Virus record (IMG/VR): IMGVR_UViG_3300025093_000013
Coordinates: 48,474-112,473 of that record
Direction: 5' to 3' (one strand)
Length of the DNA: 64,000 nt
DNA from: a virus
A program made the position numbers and the translations under genes. The notes below the pieces were generated by a model, which saw only the letters and a program-made list of their open reading frames with translations, had not been told where the DNA came from and ran no database searches. Of this stretch, positions 30,801-42,000 are shown one piece after another. The first letter of the stretch is position 1, and every line of letters begins with the position of its first letter.

Positions 30801-33549
30801 TGGATCCGCAGTAGGAAATGTCTTAGCCTCGATTGATGCTGATAGAGATACTGTATTTGATAGAAAGACAGAGATAATTAACAACAAGATAAAGTCTCTT
30901 AACGAAGACTTCGAGTTCCAAATAAGGTACTGTGACAATAATTTATCGGATACGGATTTCCAAGTAGGAACTGCCCCAGAGTCGTTTAGCCAAAACTACA
31001 TTAGTGGTGTAGAGATTCATACATGGAAAAACTCTGCTGCTAACAAAATGTTTGTGTACGACCTGTCTTCTGATGAAGGCTTCTTGTCTGAAAACTCAAC
31101 GCTACTTGATGGAAACCTTTTAGGTATGAAGTCCAAGGAGTTCTTACCAAGACTAAAGTATACCTTCAAGTACAAAGAAGCAGGAGATACCGACAATTTC
31201 TTACGCCCTGAACATAACTTTTCTGTAGAGTTGAGTTCTCTTTTCCTAAGAGAGGACAGCTTCCAGACTGACCAAAGAACGGCTTCTGTCTGGATTCATA
31301 CAGAGAAGGAAACCGACTTCTACGGTAAGAGTATTTTCTGGAATTATATGCCTGACGGCACCTGGAAGATTATAGATTCAAGTTCTGTAGAGGGAAGTGA
31401 AGGTATTGCGTATGTGAGAAACAATTTAGTTCACAACTTTGCTCACTCTAAGAAAACTATAGAGAATAAGGTTGAGATTAATTCATGCTACATTGATAAT
31501 GTCAATAGAGAGGTTCTTTACTCACTTGTAAATGAGGACTTTTATGTAGATAAAGTTCACTTCAATACCTTGAATAGGCACATTGCAGTTCCTCTATCTT
31601 ACTACCAGTATAAGCAACAAGTTCACCGTTCTGATCAGAACTACATGATCGAAGTATTCCCTTCACTTACGCAAGATGATTCACAGTTCTGGGCCACCAA
31701 AGGAATCAAGTGTGTTGATGAAACCATGAGGTTAAGAGCCTCTGTTCAAAAGAGCTTTGAGATACCCGACTACTCACTGTCACTAACGGATACTCAAAAG
31801 AAAGTCGAGTTCTTCTATCCTGATGGAGGCGCAGTCCCCTTAGGAACCACTGTTTATATCACTAGGGATGGTGAGGTTTATGATGGGCCTAAGGAGCTAA
31901 CCATATCAGTATCCAAGGGAGGCAAGAGAATACTATACTCAAAAGCTTTCATTGGCACTACGGATTATGTCCCAAATACGGATGGTGAGATTGAATATCG
32001 TGAGGTTCCTTATGAGGGTTATGCACAAATAAACGGTTACAACCCTTGGGATGTTATAGTTATCCAAGGCAAGATAACTAGTGTAGAACTTTTAAACATC
32101 GTACAGAATAATGTTATAAAAGACTCAACTTTATCCTCCTTTGGATTTACGGGAGATATGATTGAAGCAGTTCAGGTTAGGAAAGATCCAAGAATTTCTG
32201 GAGGAATTTCAGAGTCTAGATATACAGATTTGGGATTCACGCCCCTGACCACTTCTACTGTTTTTACGGTTACTAATGTTAAAACCGAGACTCCTTTTGG
32301 AGATAACTACGCCATCCTCTCTGCTAACGGTATGGACTTTTGGCAGACAACAGAGTTAATGGCATCTTATATCAAGAACGATATCGGAGGTTCTTATCTA
32401 TTCAACACGGGACAAATATCTCTGAACCCAGAACTGTCTTCTAATTATTTATCTAACGAAGAAGTCGTACAAAGTACATCATTTGGAGAAACCTCAGGAT
32501 ATGTAGATACTGATTCAAGAACGGCCACCACCGATCATCACAATTTCTTTATAGAGGCTTCAAAGAAGGATAGGTTCGACAATCAATACGATTTCCCTAG
32601 AGATTTGGTTTTCTATGAGCCCATCTCTGACGGAACTAAAAATAACTTTGTTATATTAACAGCAGTATTCGCAGTAACTGACAATTCTCCTTCTAGAATC
32701 GGCCTCGACATGGGTATTGGAGGATTTTCACCTCACCATCAAAACAATAGAACTGTGAGTGTTGTTTATAATGTATCAGGAACTTCATCTGGCTTCACTG
32801 AGAAATTTAGCTGTGAACCTTCTAGGTCGTTAGATATTAACAGTAGAGCAATAAGACCTAGTGCGGGCACTCTAAACGACTTCATAGGCGTGTCCGAGTT
32901 TCCTTTTGTAGATGATATTCGTGAATTAAGATACCCAGTGGCACCTTTTGGAACTTTAAGGGCTGGTATGGCTGGGGGTTATGATGTTGACAACAAGTGG
33001 AAGTTAATGTTCATAGCTATTGATTGTAAGAAGATGGAGGAGTTTTCACAAAACTATCCAAACATTGATAGTTATTTCCCTAATAGGGCTGCTGAAACTC
33101 TCAACACCCCTGCTAAATTAGCATTTTCTATGATGATGGATCAAGATCAATCAGTTTCTTCTGGATCTGTAGAAATAGCTCACTTGGGCATTCATTCAGA
33201 CATGTTAGATCCTGATTATCAATTCCCTTTATCATACTTTACAAATACTACTGTCTTAAATTCACAGACTAATTCCTACCCCTCAATCCGTGGAACTGAG
33301 CTTGGAAACTATATTACCAAAACAGTGGATCAGGAATTCGTTAGGAAGCCTAGAAATCTCCTATCTATCTTTAGATTCTATAATGATATTGCTGACGACC
33401 TTCAGTCTAGGGACAACACAAAAACTGAAAAGATGTATGGACCTAATGGCGGCGGTAGATCCAACTATAGAATTCATCCAGCCGAGTTTGCGGACTCGTC
33501 AACCTTCCTCTCTAATGGAAGGATAGATAACTTGAACATTACGAACTGA
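27793..33549 (+). CDS. Very large baseplate wedge gp7/P2 I-like protein with added domains
   Basis: CPAKYLPYLADQIGWEF...WRRQL...KKGTKQG Tail_P2_I-type motif; follows gp6. Confidence 0.75.
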   Translation: MSRKFSRRNYSEALDKLVPQIYNEEDLKLAEEKQDLPSKILDADADLVLKFLDINGLIYDYSDNDGRTYPTLNLEFSSWNTSSYSDRTASSTNAYSGYSEGLVKYFIPQNKLTEITPSEFDLEILSPLGYDINDYETSAAFRTFVSGTLLPQLQLGSGPASSPSPAVLPTEFGSTHDKAANYLIDSLGLFALMNYDQYYTDKVRELISDKFTDKFYNFKKTVTLGDALEVLKRLSFVYTDLQPRAWNDEFRVSATTHLSGTQSLDKYLTWNNILYDLPLTEEDETFTKDFYIKFFEDKNFTIPYVTEGPLKKFLTAMGFLIGDIDNEVLSLESLNSIEECPAKYLPYLADQIGWEFYTSNSESWRRQLRDARKLLQKKGTKQGLIDLLKSILPATEIDFDNGFSEYYESYIPYLIYYLLKTEADQLESFSVWNQTKANEFAGGEFDPSDLDKNIRFVVDHILLEAVYEFSDLFNIQGYAFAPDNPKFTFNYRDRDFNIPPFEDERFYKDCDLTYDLVKFFKEKMVCLGVEDSICDSFESYILSNTIDGDQDPKLYNNGFLFLTESLQQAPNYDRVITDLESKLYDYLPLWNGKSSQFTLQVSSGTFDDKFFVQTAYTTEDFFESLKAISDFVPAKAIERVDVNLRRTDALDSFTNTYPRASYRMLDTPSPSGAMASFEISTLNMRSNVLGLVGSSVDPNYVKDPRSTNDYSALPVFKRDRLSFSRTSTNDAYIDVSSVYTVSGPYEEVAPRTAVRRRDLQKNLSKGQIFRRDGFNPPSFLNTTTKGTGTSLTALGDLSSFVEYIPLGLIPSSYTFTPVPDHKNVPEVYDECQTTASNDVFNGVRSKYTFKTRGAVDTYNLPLDHGYANNLVFKYRDNLDEIYKLIVDLKDEDLELQAKLTVDNNLNVIKNINWKDEYESIKNSLWNDLDYSIENDFNKMRMDFYKRLPNEMNKTFHYLYLNDYVKQGRGSLSNATLDDVIYGGASLISHIYGPTFFNALHKLDGSAVGNVLASIDADRDTVFDRKTEIINNKIKSLNEDFEFQIRYCDNNLSDTDFQVGTAPESFSQNYISGVEIHTWKNSAANKMFVYDLSSDEGFLSENSTLLDGNLLGMKSKEFLPRLKYTFKYKEAGDTDNFLRPEHNFSVELSSLFLREDSFQTDQRTASVWIHTEKETDFYGKSIFWNYMPDGTWKIIDSSSVEGSEGIAYVRNNLVHNFAHSKKTIENKVEINSCYIDNVNREVLYSLVNEDFYVDKVHFNTLNRHIAVPLSYYQYKQQVHRSDQNYMIEVFPSLTQDDSQFWATKGIKCVDETMRLRASVQKSFEIPDYSLSLTDTQKKVEFFYPDGGAVPLGTTVYITRDGEVYDGPKELTISVSKGGKRILYSKAFIGTTDYVPNTDGEIEYREVPYEGYAQINGYNPWDVIVIQGKITSVELLNIVQNNVIKDSTLSSFGFTGDMIEAVQVRKDPRISGGISESRYTDLGFTPLTTSTVFTVTNVKTETPFGDNYAILSANGMDFWQTTELMASYIKNDIGGSYLFNTGQISLNPELSSNYLSNEEVVQSTSFGETSGYVDTDSRTATTDHHNFFIEASKKDRFDNQYDFPRDLVFYEPISDGTKNNFVILTAVFAVTDNSPSRIGLDMGIGGFSPHHQNNRTVSVVYNVSGTSSGFTEKFSCEPSRSLDINSRAIRPSAGTLNDFIGVSEFPFVDDIRELRYPVAPFGTLRAGMAGGYDVDNKWKLMFIAIDCKKMEEFSQNYPNIDSYFPNRAAETLNTPAKLAFSMMMDQDQSVSSGSVEIAHLGIHSDMLDPDYQFPLSYFTNTTVLNSQTNSYPSIRGTELGNYITKTVDQEFVRKPRNLLSIFRFYNDIADDLQSRDNTKTEKMYGPNGGGRSNYRIHPAEFADSSTFLSNGRIDNLNITN

Positions 33550-35396
33550 TGAAAGGGCATGTAGAGATATTCACTGAGGTAAATGGAGAGAAAGTAGTTC
33601 TCCACGAAGACTCCAATTTGATTGTGGATGGAGCAGGGGAGGCTATTGTGGATATGCTCACCTATACCCCAGGCATCGCGCTGTCTAGTAATGAGGAGTC
33701 TACTTCAAATAATGTCGTAGCCGAGAGGGCTCTGGATACTTCTAATTTCATTATCCAAGGCATGACCTTCGGCAAGGGTTTAACTGGATATAAAACTAAC
33801 TTACACACATATAAGAGGCATAATCTTATAGCAAGTGCGAATGACCTCGTAGGAATCACCCCAGGGTATAGAAGCGGTGTCACCATAGAACAACTTCCAG
33901 GGGATCATATATATGATTTCTCTAGTAATGTATTCTTTGCAAGCTCGACTGACGGTGCTAATGGAGGATATTTTGCATTCGGTTCAAATGTATTCGATCA
34001 AGGTTACATCGACTTACTTTCGGGCCTACCTAAAGTTTTTTCCATAGATGTAAAGCTTGATCTTAATAACTCTCCTAATCCTAGAGGGTCAACCGATGAT
34101 GGCCCTCAGTTTGTCCCAGTATCCTTTGATATAAGTAGCGGAGGAGAAAGAAGTTTTTGCACTGCTTTGTTTGCTACTGAATACAGAGCCGTAACTATAG
34201 GAGGCGTTGAATATAAAGCAGGAGACTTAATTTCTTTTTATAATGAAGGTATACGGGGTGGTGCTAGAGCTTATCCTAATGCTTTATTTAAAGACTTGGG
34301 GGCTGGTTGGAAAAGAATCATGTTTGTCATACCAGAGGCGACTACTTATGATTCTACAAAAGATTTTCAAATTAAAGTATTTCCTGTAGGTAGTGTTGAG
34401 TTAGAAAGCACTGATTTAGGAGGAGGATTTAAAAGCATAGTAGGGGGCATGTTGTTTGCTAGACCTTCCTTGAATGTAGGATCTCTTCCAATAAATTATT
34501 TCCTTCCCAAAGAGTCTGTAACTACATCATCTACTGATTTCTCAGCGTTTCAATTTACTCCATCCTCAATAGTTCTAAAAGAAGATGGGTATTACCTTCC
34601 TAATAATACGGGCACAGTAACTAACGCATCTCTTGGATATAATGTCAGCGCGTCTTTACCAGCCATGCCTCATCCAAATGATACTTCTTTAGAGCCTAAT
34701 ACCTCTACAGCATATCAAGACTCCGTGGATGTTAGTGGGCTCTACAATGGGCATAACTTAAACACGCTTCAGTTAGTTGGAAAAACAGTTAAAAAGATAA
34801 CTGATTTCGTTCCTTCTTCTTGGAGTATCGGGGGCTTACAGAGCAACATAGATGACATTGAAATACAGAAGGACTTTAGATGGTTTGGTTGCTTTGCGGA
34901 TGAAGCGAATGACCCTGCTTATCTAGTAAGCTCGATAGATCAGCAAGCGTATGAAAACCCTCTTAGAAATAGAACCTCTTCTGGAGATAGATTTAACAGT
35001 GTCTCTAGCATGGATTATAATGGTTTTCTTAGAGCTTATTACTATAACACTGGAGAGGGCACCGACAACAACTCCAAGTTACTGGTATCATCACTTTCTG
35101 ATTTCTCATCCACGGGTAGAGTTACTTACAGCGTCAAAATAAATAGAACTGATGTGGAGATGGCAAACTACTTCGGTGGCATCTTTGATTTAGGATTGTA
35201 CACAATGGACCCTAACGCTACGAGGGTCAAGAATGGAATAGACTTATCCAGATCTATAGATAAGGATCCTTGGACTGGAGACGATATGGAGTTTAGGTTA
35301 TTCGCTCAAAAATCCATGAACTATGATATTACTCACGGTAACGGATTTAATTCAAAAGATTCTATAACAATAAACTGGACGATTGATTTCATATGA
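33549..35396 (+). CDS. Tail collar/gp8-like baseplate protein with a large insertion (paralog 1)
   Basis: KGHVEIF...NLIVDG N-terminus; DLGLY...LFAQK...INWTIDF C-terminus. Confidence 0.65.
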   Translation: MKGHVEIFTEVNGEKVVLHEDSNLIVDGAGEAIVDMLTYTPGIALSSNEESTSNNVVAERALDTSNFIIQGMTFGKGLTGYKTNLHTYKRHNLIASANDLVGITPGYRSGVTIEQLPGDHIYDFSSNVFFASSTDGANGGYFAFGSNVFDQGYIDLLSGLPKVFSIDVKLDLNNSPNPRGSTDDGPQFVPVSFDISSGGERSFCTALFATEYRAVTIGGVEYKAGDLISFYNEGIRGGARAYPNALFKDLGAGWKRIMFVIPEATTYDSTKDFQIKVFPVGSVELESTDLGGGFKSIVGGMLFARPSLNVGSLPINYFLPKESVTTSSTDFSAFQFTPSSIVLKEDGYYLPNNTGTVTNASLGYNVSASLPAMPHPNDTSLEPNTSTAYQDSVDVSGLYNGHNLNTLQLVGKTVKKITDFVPSSWSIGGLQSNIDDIEIQKDFRWFGCFADEANDPAYLVSSIDQQAYENPLRNRTSSGDRFNSVSSMDYNGFLRAYYYNTGEGTDNNSKLLVSSLSDFSSTGRVTYSVKINRTDVEMANYFGGIFDLGLYTMDPNATRVKNGIDLSRSIDKDPWTGDDMEFRLFAQKSMNYDITHGNGFNSKDSITINWTIDFI

Positions 35397-38300
35397 AAGG
35401 CTTAGTTACAATAACAAAAGTTTACAGAGACGGCACAAAAGAACCAGTTTGTGTTAAGGATCCTAACATTCTAACTCAAGGGTTTGCTCTTGACATGGCA
35501 AACCTTATGACAGCAGGCGCGAACACTACTACTCAGAACTACAAGTTTGGATACTTTCAACTAGGAACAAGCTCTTACTACTCCGCTCCCGTGGAGCCTG
35601 CTCAACACTGGACGGATGCGTTACCCTACACTACTGTAAGGAATTTCTCAAGGTTGAACAGCCCTTTAGCGACCACCGCAGACTACGGTAGCGAAACCGC
35701 TCTAGAGCTAGTAACGAGAGATTGTATAGTTTACAAAGAAGACTTTGTTCCCCTAAAAGATATTGAGTACACTAAAGAGTCTGAGGTTTTGGGGGTTCTA
35801 AACGAAGATAACTGCTTCCCTCTTCAACTTCCAGGCGATGATGAGAATGGTGTTATTATAAAGATAACACTAGACTATGGAGCCTTGAACGGAAAGTCTC
35901 TGCAAGAGTTTGGTTTGTTTACAAGAAACCCTGAAGCTAATAGATCGGAAGACAATCCTATCCTAACTTGCTACAAGTCTATTCAAACACCTATTGAAAA
36001 GACTGATGAGTTCATGTTGGAGATTGATTGGGCAATTCAGTTTGTAGGAACAAGGAAGTTAACAGAGGATGCTGCTAGGCTAATATCCATGCACCCAGCG
36101 GGCATTAAGAGAAAGGTAACGAATAGAGTAGCAGTTCAAAATGTAGGGTATGTTCAGGAGGGAGATAAGTTTGATGTAACAATAGAAACTCCCATACCTA
36201 CCTCCGAGGATGCTTATCTGTATTACAATGTTCTAAGTGATGGCGTTTATGATTATGATCATTACGCAGTTTCAGGAACTCATTGGGCTATAGTTGATTC
36301 AGACGGTAATCATACTTCCGCTTTTAATTCTCCTTTGTTCTGGCCTAAAGGGACTACGAATACCACCTTTACTGTAAGTGCTCTGGATACGGGAAGGTTC
36401 TACGGGCAGAAGTCTTTGGCATTTGAGCTATCTTCATACACAGGAAAGGACAAGTACATCGATTTTCAGGAATCTTTAGATGGTAATGTGGTTGTTTATC
36501 ACATAAGGTCCTCCCATACTCCTAACTCTTTGGAATTCTTAACAGTTCTTCCTTCTACTCAAACGCACCCAATTCCAGTCAGCGGAACCATATCAACAAA
36601 TGGCCTCCATGCTCCCGTAGAATGTTCTGCATACTTAGATGTCTCTACAAACGCCTCTTTGTATAGATTAGGCCGAAGAGTAGCGGGGGTTACTAGTTAT
36701 TTTGATGGAGTGTTTGATTCTTCACGGACATATCATGCATTTCCTATGGAGGCATCCACTGAGGTATTCGCTTTATCATCTTCAACTGCTGCTGAGTTTA
36801 ATGTGTCCCTCCTAAACACCCCCTCAGGAGAGCCTGTTTACAATCTAAACACTTACTCTCTTGATCCCAGAGGTTATTTCCAAAGGCCAACAACCACAAG
36901 CGGGATAGGCGTTCCCCCTAACATCAATTACCTAGACATAAGTGCCAACAGAGATGATATCAATGTTAAAAGTGGGTTAGGAACTTGGACTCAAGAGAAC
37001 GGCATGTTTACTACTGCTAACCTAGAGGGTTGGCCTGGGGCTAACTTACACTCTGGGTTTGATGTGTACAATACTCAACCTCCTGATGGGGTCTTGATGC
37101 GTCAATTTCAACTTAGTTCGCAGCCCGATGGTATACTTCCTGCAAATTTCTTCTATAGCCCTCAGGAACTATATGTTTGGCCTAGAAATGAAAACAAGTT
37201 GTTCGAGCCCTCATGTGGAAAAAGACGCCCAGGGCAGTATGATTATCTGATGGACGGAACGGGAGAGAGACCTGGGGGAGATTACTACGATCAAGTAGCT
37301 CCTTATGATTCAAGTCTCTCCACTGTCGTATTCTCCACATATATTAAGAAAGTAGATGATATTACAAAGGATCCCGTAAGGACTACTGATGCATCTGTTA
37401 TTAGTAATGAGTTCTTTCAGATGGATGTTGTTGTTAGGGGGTATGTTGGAGTTGGATTCTATGCATCCCAGAAATCTAAAAATGCCCAGTTCCAGTGGAA
37501 CTCTCAGGGCGGCATAGACCCTATTCGCGTCAAGGCTGCTCACGAAGGGGCTTTTAGACTCTCAAACCCAAGCTCCCTTGAAATTCTTTTCACCTCTGCC
37601 ACAGGAGCGAATACTTTCTTGGCTGACAGCGATATTGGACTACAACTCTCTTCCTCACAATATGGAGTTCTAGGAACCATTGAAGGAGAGAGGCAGGACT
37701 TTTTCCTTCCAAACAAGTCTGGGGTCCCAGTATTCACTGGCTCTATTAATGTAACAAGTTCATTACCTTATTCTTTCCCATTTGCTGATCTAACAGGTGC
37801 AGGGCACACAGTCAGTGCGGTAAACGGAAGCCTTCATTTAAGTAGTGTAGATCCTCCTCAAGTTAATCAAGGTCCTTTTGGATTTACTTCAAAAGGCATA
37901 GGAGAGAGGTACGACTGTGGAGTGTTCTCTGGGACCAATAACGGAGACACTAACGCATCTAAGGATATGGCTGCCTACGGGTATACTGATCCCTTATGCA
38001 AGGATGGTTGGTATAGAGTTTGGGTGGCTGCTGATGTTCCTGAGGACTTTTACGAAACATCAATATTTGCAGAAGCAAGCCCAGAGGTATCGGGCGCTTT
38101 CCACGAAAGAAACATATTCCCCTCAAGTGCGGGTCTGAGAGATGCTACGGGTTGGCTTGTAGGCGTTGATCCCCCTAATTACAGAGAGGGAGATACAGGA
38201 AACAAAGGAAACTTCTATCAGGTCCCCACGGTGGCCTCTGGGTGTCTAATCGCTTGGAACCAGTTTGAAAGATATCCTAAAACAGGAGCTTTCCATAAAG

Positions 38301-38422
38301 GACATTCTAGTGGGTACATGCCTAGACCCTATCAATCTAGACCTTTCTCATTCTTTACTCCTAGATTTAACGCATTCACTGATGATACGGGAACTTCTTC
38401 GGTTACCCTGACAATAACCTGA
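35393..38422 (+). CDS. Tail collar/gp8-like protein with Calx-beta-like and CBM-like extension (paralog 2)
   Basis: KGLVTITKVYRDG...GYFQLG...EFGLF...PIL...IEKTDEF...WAIQF, then VQEG...AVSGTHW...WPKGTTNTTFTV, DGWYRVWV. Confidence 0.65.
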   Translation: MKGLVTITKVYRDGTKEPVCVKDPNILTQGFALDMANLMTAGANTTTQNYKFGYFQLGTSSYYSAPVEPAQHWTDALPYTTVRNFSRLNSPLATTADYGSETALELVTRDCIVYKEDFVPLKDIEYTKESEVLGVLNEDNCFPLQLPGDDENGVIIKITLDYGALNGKSLQEFGLFTRNPEANRSEDNPILTCYKSIQTPIEKTDEFMLEIDWAIQFVGTRKLTEDAARLISMHPAGIKRKVTNRVAVQNVGYVQEGDKFDVTIETPIPTSEDAYLYYNVLSDGVYDYDHYAVSGTHWAIVDSDGNHTSAFNSPLFWPKGTTNTTFTVSALDTGRFYGQKSLAFELSSYTGKDKYIDFQESLDGNVVVYHIRSSHTPNSLEFLTVLPSTQTHPIPVSGTISTNGLHAPVECSAYLDVSTNASLYRLGRRVAGVTSYFDGVFDSSRTYHAFPMEASTEVFALSSSTAAEFNVSLLNTPSGEPVYNLNTYSLDPRGYFQRPTTTSGIGVPPNINYLDISANRDDINVKSGLGTWTQENGMFTTANLEGWPGANLHSGFDVYNTQPPDGVLMRQFQLSSQPDGILPANFFYSPQELYVWPRNENKLFEPSCGKRRPGQYDYLMDGTGERPGGDYYDQVAPYDSSLSTVVFSTYIKKVDDITKDPVRTTDASVISNEFFQMDVVVRGYVGVGFYASQKSKNAQFQWNSQGGIDPIRVKAAHEGAFRLSNPSSLEILFTSATGANTFLADSDIGLQLSSSQYGVLGTIEGERQDFFLPNKSGVPVFTGSINVTSSLPYSFPFADLTGAGHTVSAVNGSLHLSSVDPPQVNQGPFGFTSKGIGERYDCGVFSGTNNGDTNASKDMAAYGYTDPLCKDGWYRVWVAADVPEDFYETSIFAEASPEVSGAFHERNIFPSSAGLRDATGWLVGVDPPNYREGDTGNKGNFYQVPTVASGCLIAWNQFERYPKTGAFHKGHSSGYMPRPYQSRPFSFFTPRFNAFTDDTGTSSVTLTIT

Positions 38423-38473
38423 TGCAAATAATGGATTATTCTATCACATATAATAAATATATGAGAGGCTGTT

Positions 38474-39094
38474 ATGAGTTCAGTAAAGTTTAACCCTAAA
38501 GGACACCTTGAGATTTGGAAGGTCTACGAGGATGGATCTAAGGACCTACACTGGTCTGAGCAAAATGTAATCACCTCTGGTATGGGTGTTGGGCTTGCAA
38601 GTCTTTTTGCTGCCTCGGGGTCCTCTAACATAAAAGATTATCAAATAGGTTACTTTCAGGTTGGGGTCAGTGGAGATATCAATAACTATGGAAGTTCTTC
38701 CTATGAGTTATCCTCTCCCTTGGAGTCTGCTACCAACTACGGTGTTCTTTTATCTCCCGATGGTGAACGAGATAGTTCCTCAATAGCTTTTACAGATGTT
38801 GTGGATCTGAATCCTCTAAAGAACGGGGTAGTCGTGGCTGGCACGGAGCCCTTCGTTAGAATTAGATACAGCAACATACATAGAATATCCAAGAACTCGG
38901 TCAGATTTACTTTAGTCATGGCACCTAGATCAGGTGTTGCTGTGACTCAACCCCTAAATGAAGTAGGTCTTTTCATGAGAAATCCTCTGGGTAACTCTGA
39001 GGACAACCCTATCCTAGTGGCCTACAGACCTTTCACAGCAATCAAAAAGACATCAGCCTTCACTCTAGTCTTCCTCTGGACAATCCAATTCTGA
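38474..39094 (+). CDS. Tail collar/gp8-like protein, minimal form (paralog 3)
   Basis: KGHLEIWKVYEDG...NVITSG...GYFQVG...NEVGLF...PILVAYR...IKKT...WTIQF; TAAATA at 38454 and GAGG RBS. Confidence 0.7.
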   Translation: MSSVKFNPKGHLEIWKVYEDGSKDLHWSEQNVITSGMGVGLASLFAASGSSNIKDYQIGYFQVGVSGDINNYGSSSYELSSPLESATNYGVLLSPDGERDSSSIAFTDVVDLNPLKNGVVVAGTEPFVRIRYSNIHRISKNSVRFTLVMAPRSGVAVTQPLNEVGLFMRNPLGNSEDNPILVAYRPFTAIKKTSAFTLVFLWTIQF

Positions 39095-39095
39095 T

Positions 39096-42000
39096 ATGGC
39101 ATTTATACCCGCAGACCTTTACACAGCAAGCGCAGGAGTTGAGCTTTACAACTACTGGAACCCTTTTGTAACCAAGCACGATGCAAGCTCTTTCTACAAT
39201 TGGGAGGAGGATAACCTTCCACTTTATGATGTTGAGGAGAGAACTGATTTCCTTTGGGAGCGATTAGGTTTCCCAGCTTCCTCCATCCCAGGAATGGCTT
39301 TATGTGTATCTTCATCCTCACCAACTGGTAACAATAATGTCTTTACTTCATTATCAGCGGCAGTGGATGCGCTCCCTGAAGTAATTAGAATGCCTACTCT
39401 CATTGAGGTAGCCGTTAGCGGTGATTTAGGGACCCTTGAGTTAAAGAACATTAAGTGCGTAGGGGATGGTAAGCTTGAGATTATTAACAGGGTTTTCTCA
39501 CCTATAACTAGAGGCCAAGCCACCGTCACTGCTATTGGATCCACTGCAACGAGAAAAGCAATTACATCTGTAATTGCGGGCGATATGTTCGATACTATTG
39601 CTGCTACCTCCGCATTGTCAGTTTCTCAAAACACTTCGGATCTTTTCGGAAATGGGTCGATTGCCTACAACGGTGCGTCCTTTGTAATTCAATCTAACGA
39701 GTCTGGGGGTGGTGATTTCAGACCAGATCAGCTTTCCGTAAACTTCCATGCGGGTGGCACTCAAACTTTCCTAGATAACTCAACTAGCACAGTTTTAGTA
39801 GGAGACATCGCCTCTGACCCAGCTAACAGTGATATTAATGACAGTGCGTCATCACTAGACTATTCTAAAACAGGAGGAGGAGCTACCCTTCAAAGAACCG
39901 AAGTTGGAACTTTTGTTGTAGGTGCTAACGCTGTTGGAATGTTTACCAATAACACTCTTAGAAGTGTTAAGGTTTACAACTGCGATGGTCCAATTTACAT
40001 TAGAGGCTTCGCTGTTCAGGGCGCAACAGGTCTTGGTCCTACTCCAACTTATTACGAAGACTACGGAATGTCCATCAAGAACTGTAACGACATAGTTATT
40101 GAGAACTGTGGCGTTACAAGATCTAAAGTAGGCGGTCTATATGTCTCCAACTCTGATGTTACTCTAAACCGTAGATTCTTCTCTGGAAGAAACTACGATA
40201 CTAACAGAGCAAGCACAACTAATTACGGTGTTAATGCCGTAAACTCCACGATAACTTTATCATCTGACTCATACTCAAACGGGTTAGATGCGGTTTATGT
40301 CGCTTACCAGCATGACTACGGAGTTTACTTACAGAACTCTAGACTAGTTGGAGGTGGAAACACAGTTTCTACAGCCAGGGCATCCTTAAAAGCTTGCTAT
40401 AACGCGGAGGCTGGCATTAAACTAGTTAACTCCGTTATGGACCTTGATTGTGATGTCGATGTTTACTCAAATAAGATTGGTCTGGAAGGAGTCGATTCAG
40501 AAATCACTCTAGATGGGTTTGTTTGTCAGTACAATGATTACAAAGGTGTTGTTGCTGACAACTGTAAGATAGCCTACGGTAAGGAAGCTGTCAATACAGC
40601 TACCGCCCTAACCTCTACTTTCGGTGCAGACGGTATAGCTTACAACTACAGAACAGCATATCATGGAAACGGAGTTCACTTAGAGCTTAACAATTCCAGA
40701 TACATCCCTTACCTTACAGAAACTCTTGACACTAGCTGCCCCTTTACTTTGTTTGCACATAACATTGGAATAGATGCACTTTCAGTAAAACCAGCTATTA
40801 ACCTTAACAACTCAAAGGCAAGTCTAGTCCACTCTAGAATATCTTCTGTTGCGGAAGGCGGAACTCACAAGCCTGAGTTTGCCTTGAGCCCTACTGTTCC
40901 TGCATACGGTGCTGCCATCTCTGGAAGAAATAATTCTGAGGTAGAGTTGCTTGGAAGTTATAGGTTAGCCACGGTTATAACTGGTCCAAGTGCTATTACT
41001 AGAAGGGACGCAGGTATCTTTGTGGATAAAAACTCTAGCTGTAGAGTTTCTGGTCCATTCTTCATAGGACAGTATGGAGTAGGTATGTACGCTGCTGGAG
41101 GATCCGAGATAACCTTCTGTCCTCACACTGAAGACTCACAGTATGGATTTGCATCAACCTCTTTTGATCTAACTGGTCAAGTAGGAAACCATACTTCTGT
41201 GGAAGTTCATGCTTACGGCCCTTGTATGGTTGTAGATGAGGACTCCACCATAAACATGAGAGATCTTGGTGATGCTTTCTCCATGTACCCACTAGCTAAT
41301 CAAAGTGACGATTATCCAGCAGGGTATCATGGTGATGTTTCCGCTTATACTCATGCGGGCGGTATGTTCTTCATGCCAAACCCAAATACTGCAACTGTTA
41401 CTGGTGAAGTTCTTCATACCAACAACAGTGCTAAGATTACTTACACCAGCGAGCCCACCGCTAACTTCGCATTCCAATCAAACCAAACCTTAGGTAATGG
41501 AAAGTATAACCGTTACTTAGCCACTGTTGCTAACTTAGGTGCTGATCAGGAGCAGGTATCTAAAGGTGGTGTTTGTGTTCAGGCACTAGGTAACAGTGTT
41601 GTTAATGTAAACAATGTTAGTTTCAATGCTGTCTCTGCTATTGGTGATGGTGCCTACTACGATGCCCTTAACAGCCCAAATCTTTGTAACAACCTAAGAA
41701 TCTGGTCATTTGGAGGAGGTGCTACTCTTAATTGCAACCATGTCGCTGTAAGTGGAACTTACCCATCTCAGGCAGGGTATCACGGTCCAAAAGCTATTTA
41801 CTACAATGAAGATGACCCCGTAGGATATGTTCCTTCTGCATTGCACACCTCTGCTTTCGGACACTATCCTTACGGATATAAGTACAGCTTAAGTACCCTT
41901 AGTGGAGTAGACTTTAGAACAAATAGCTCGCCTAGTGCAGGAGCAGATCCTATCACAGGAAAGCTTCGCAATGAAAACTTCAACCATCTAGAAGCGTCTA

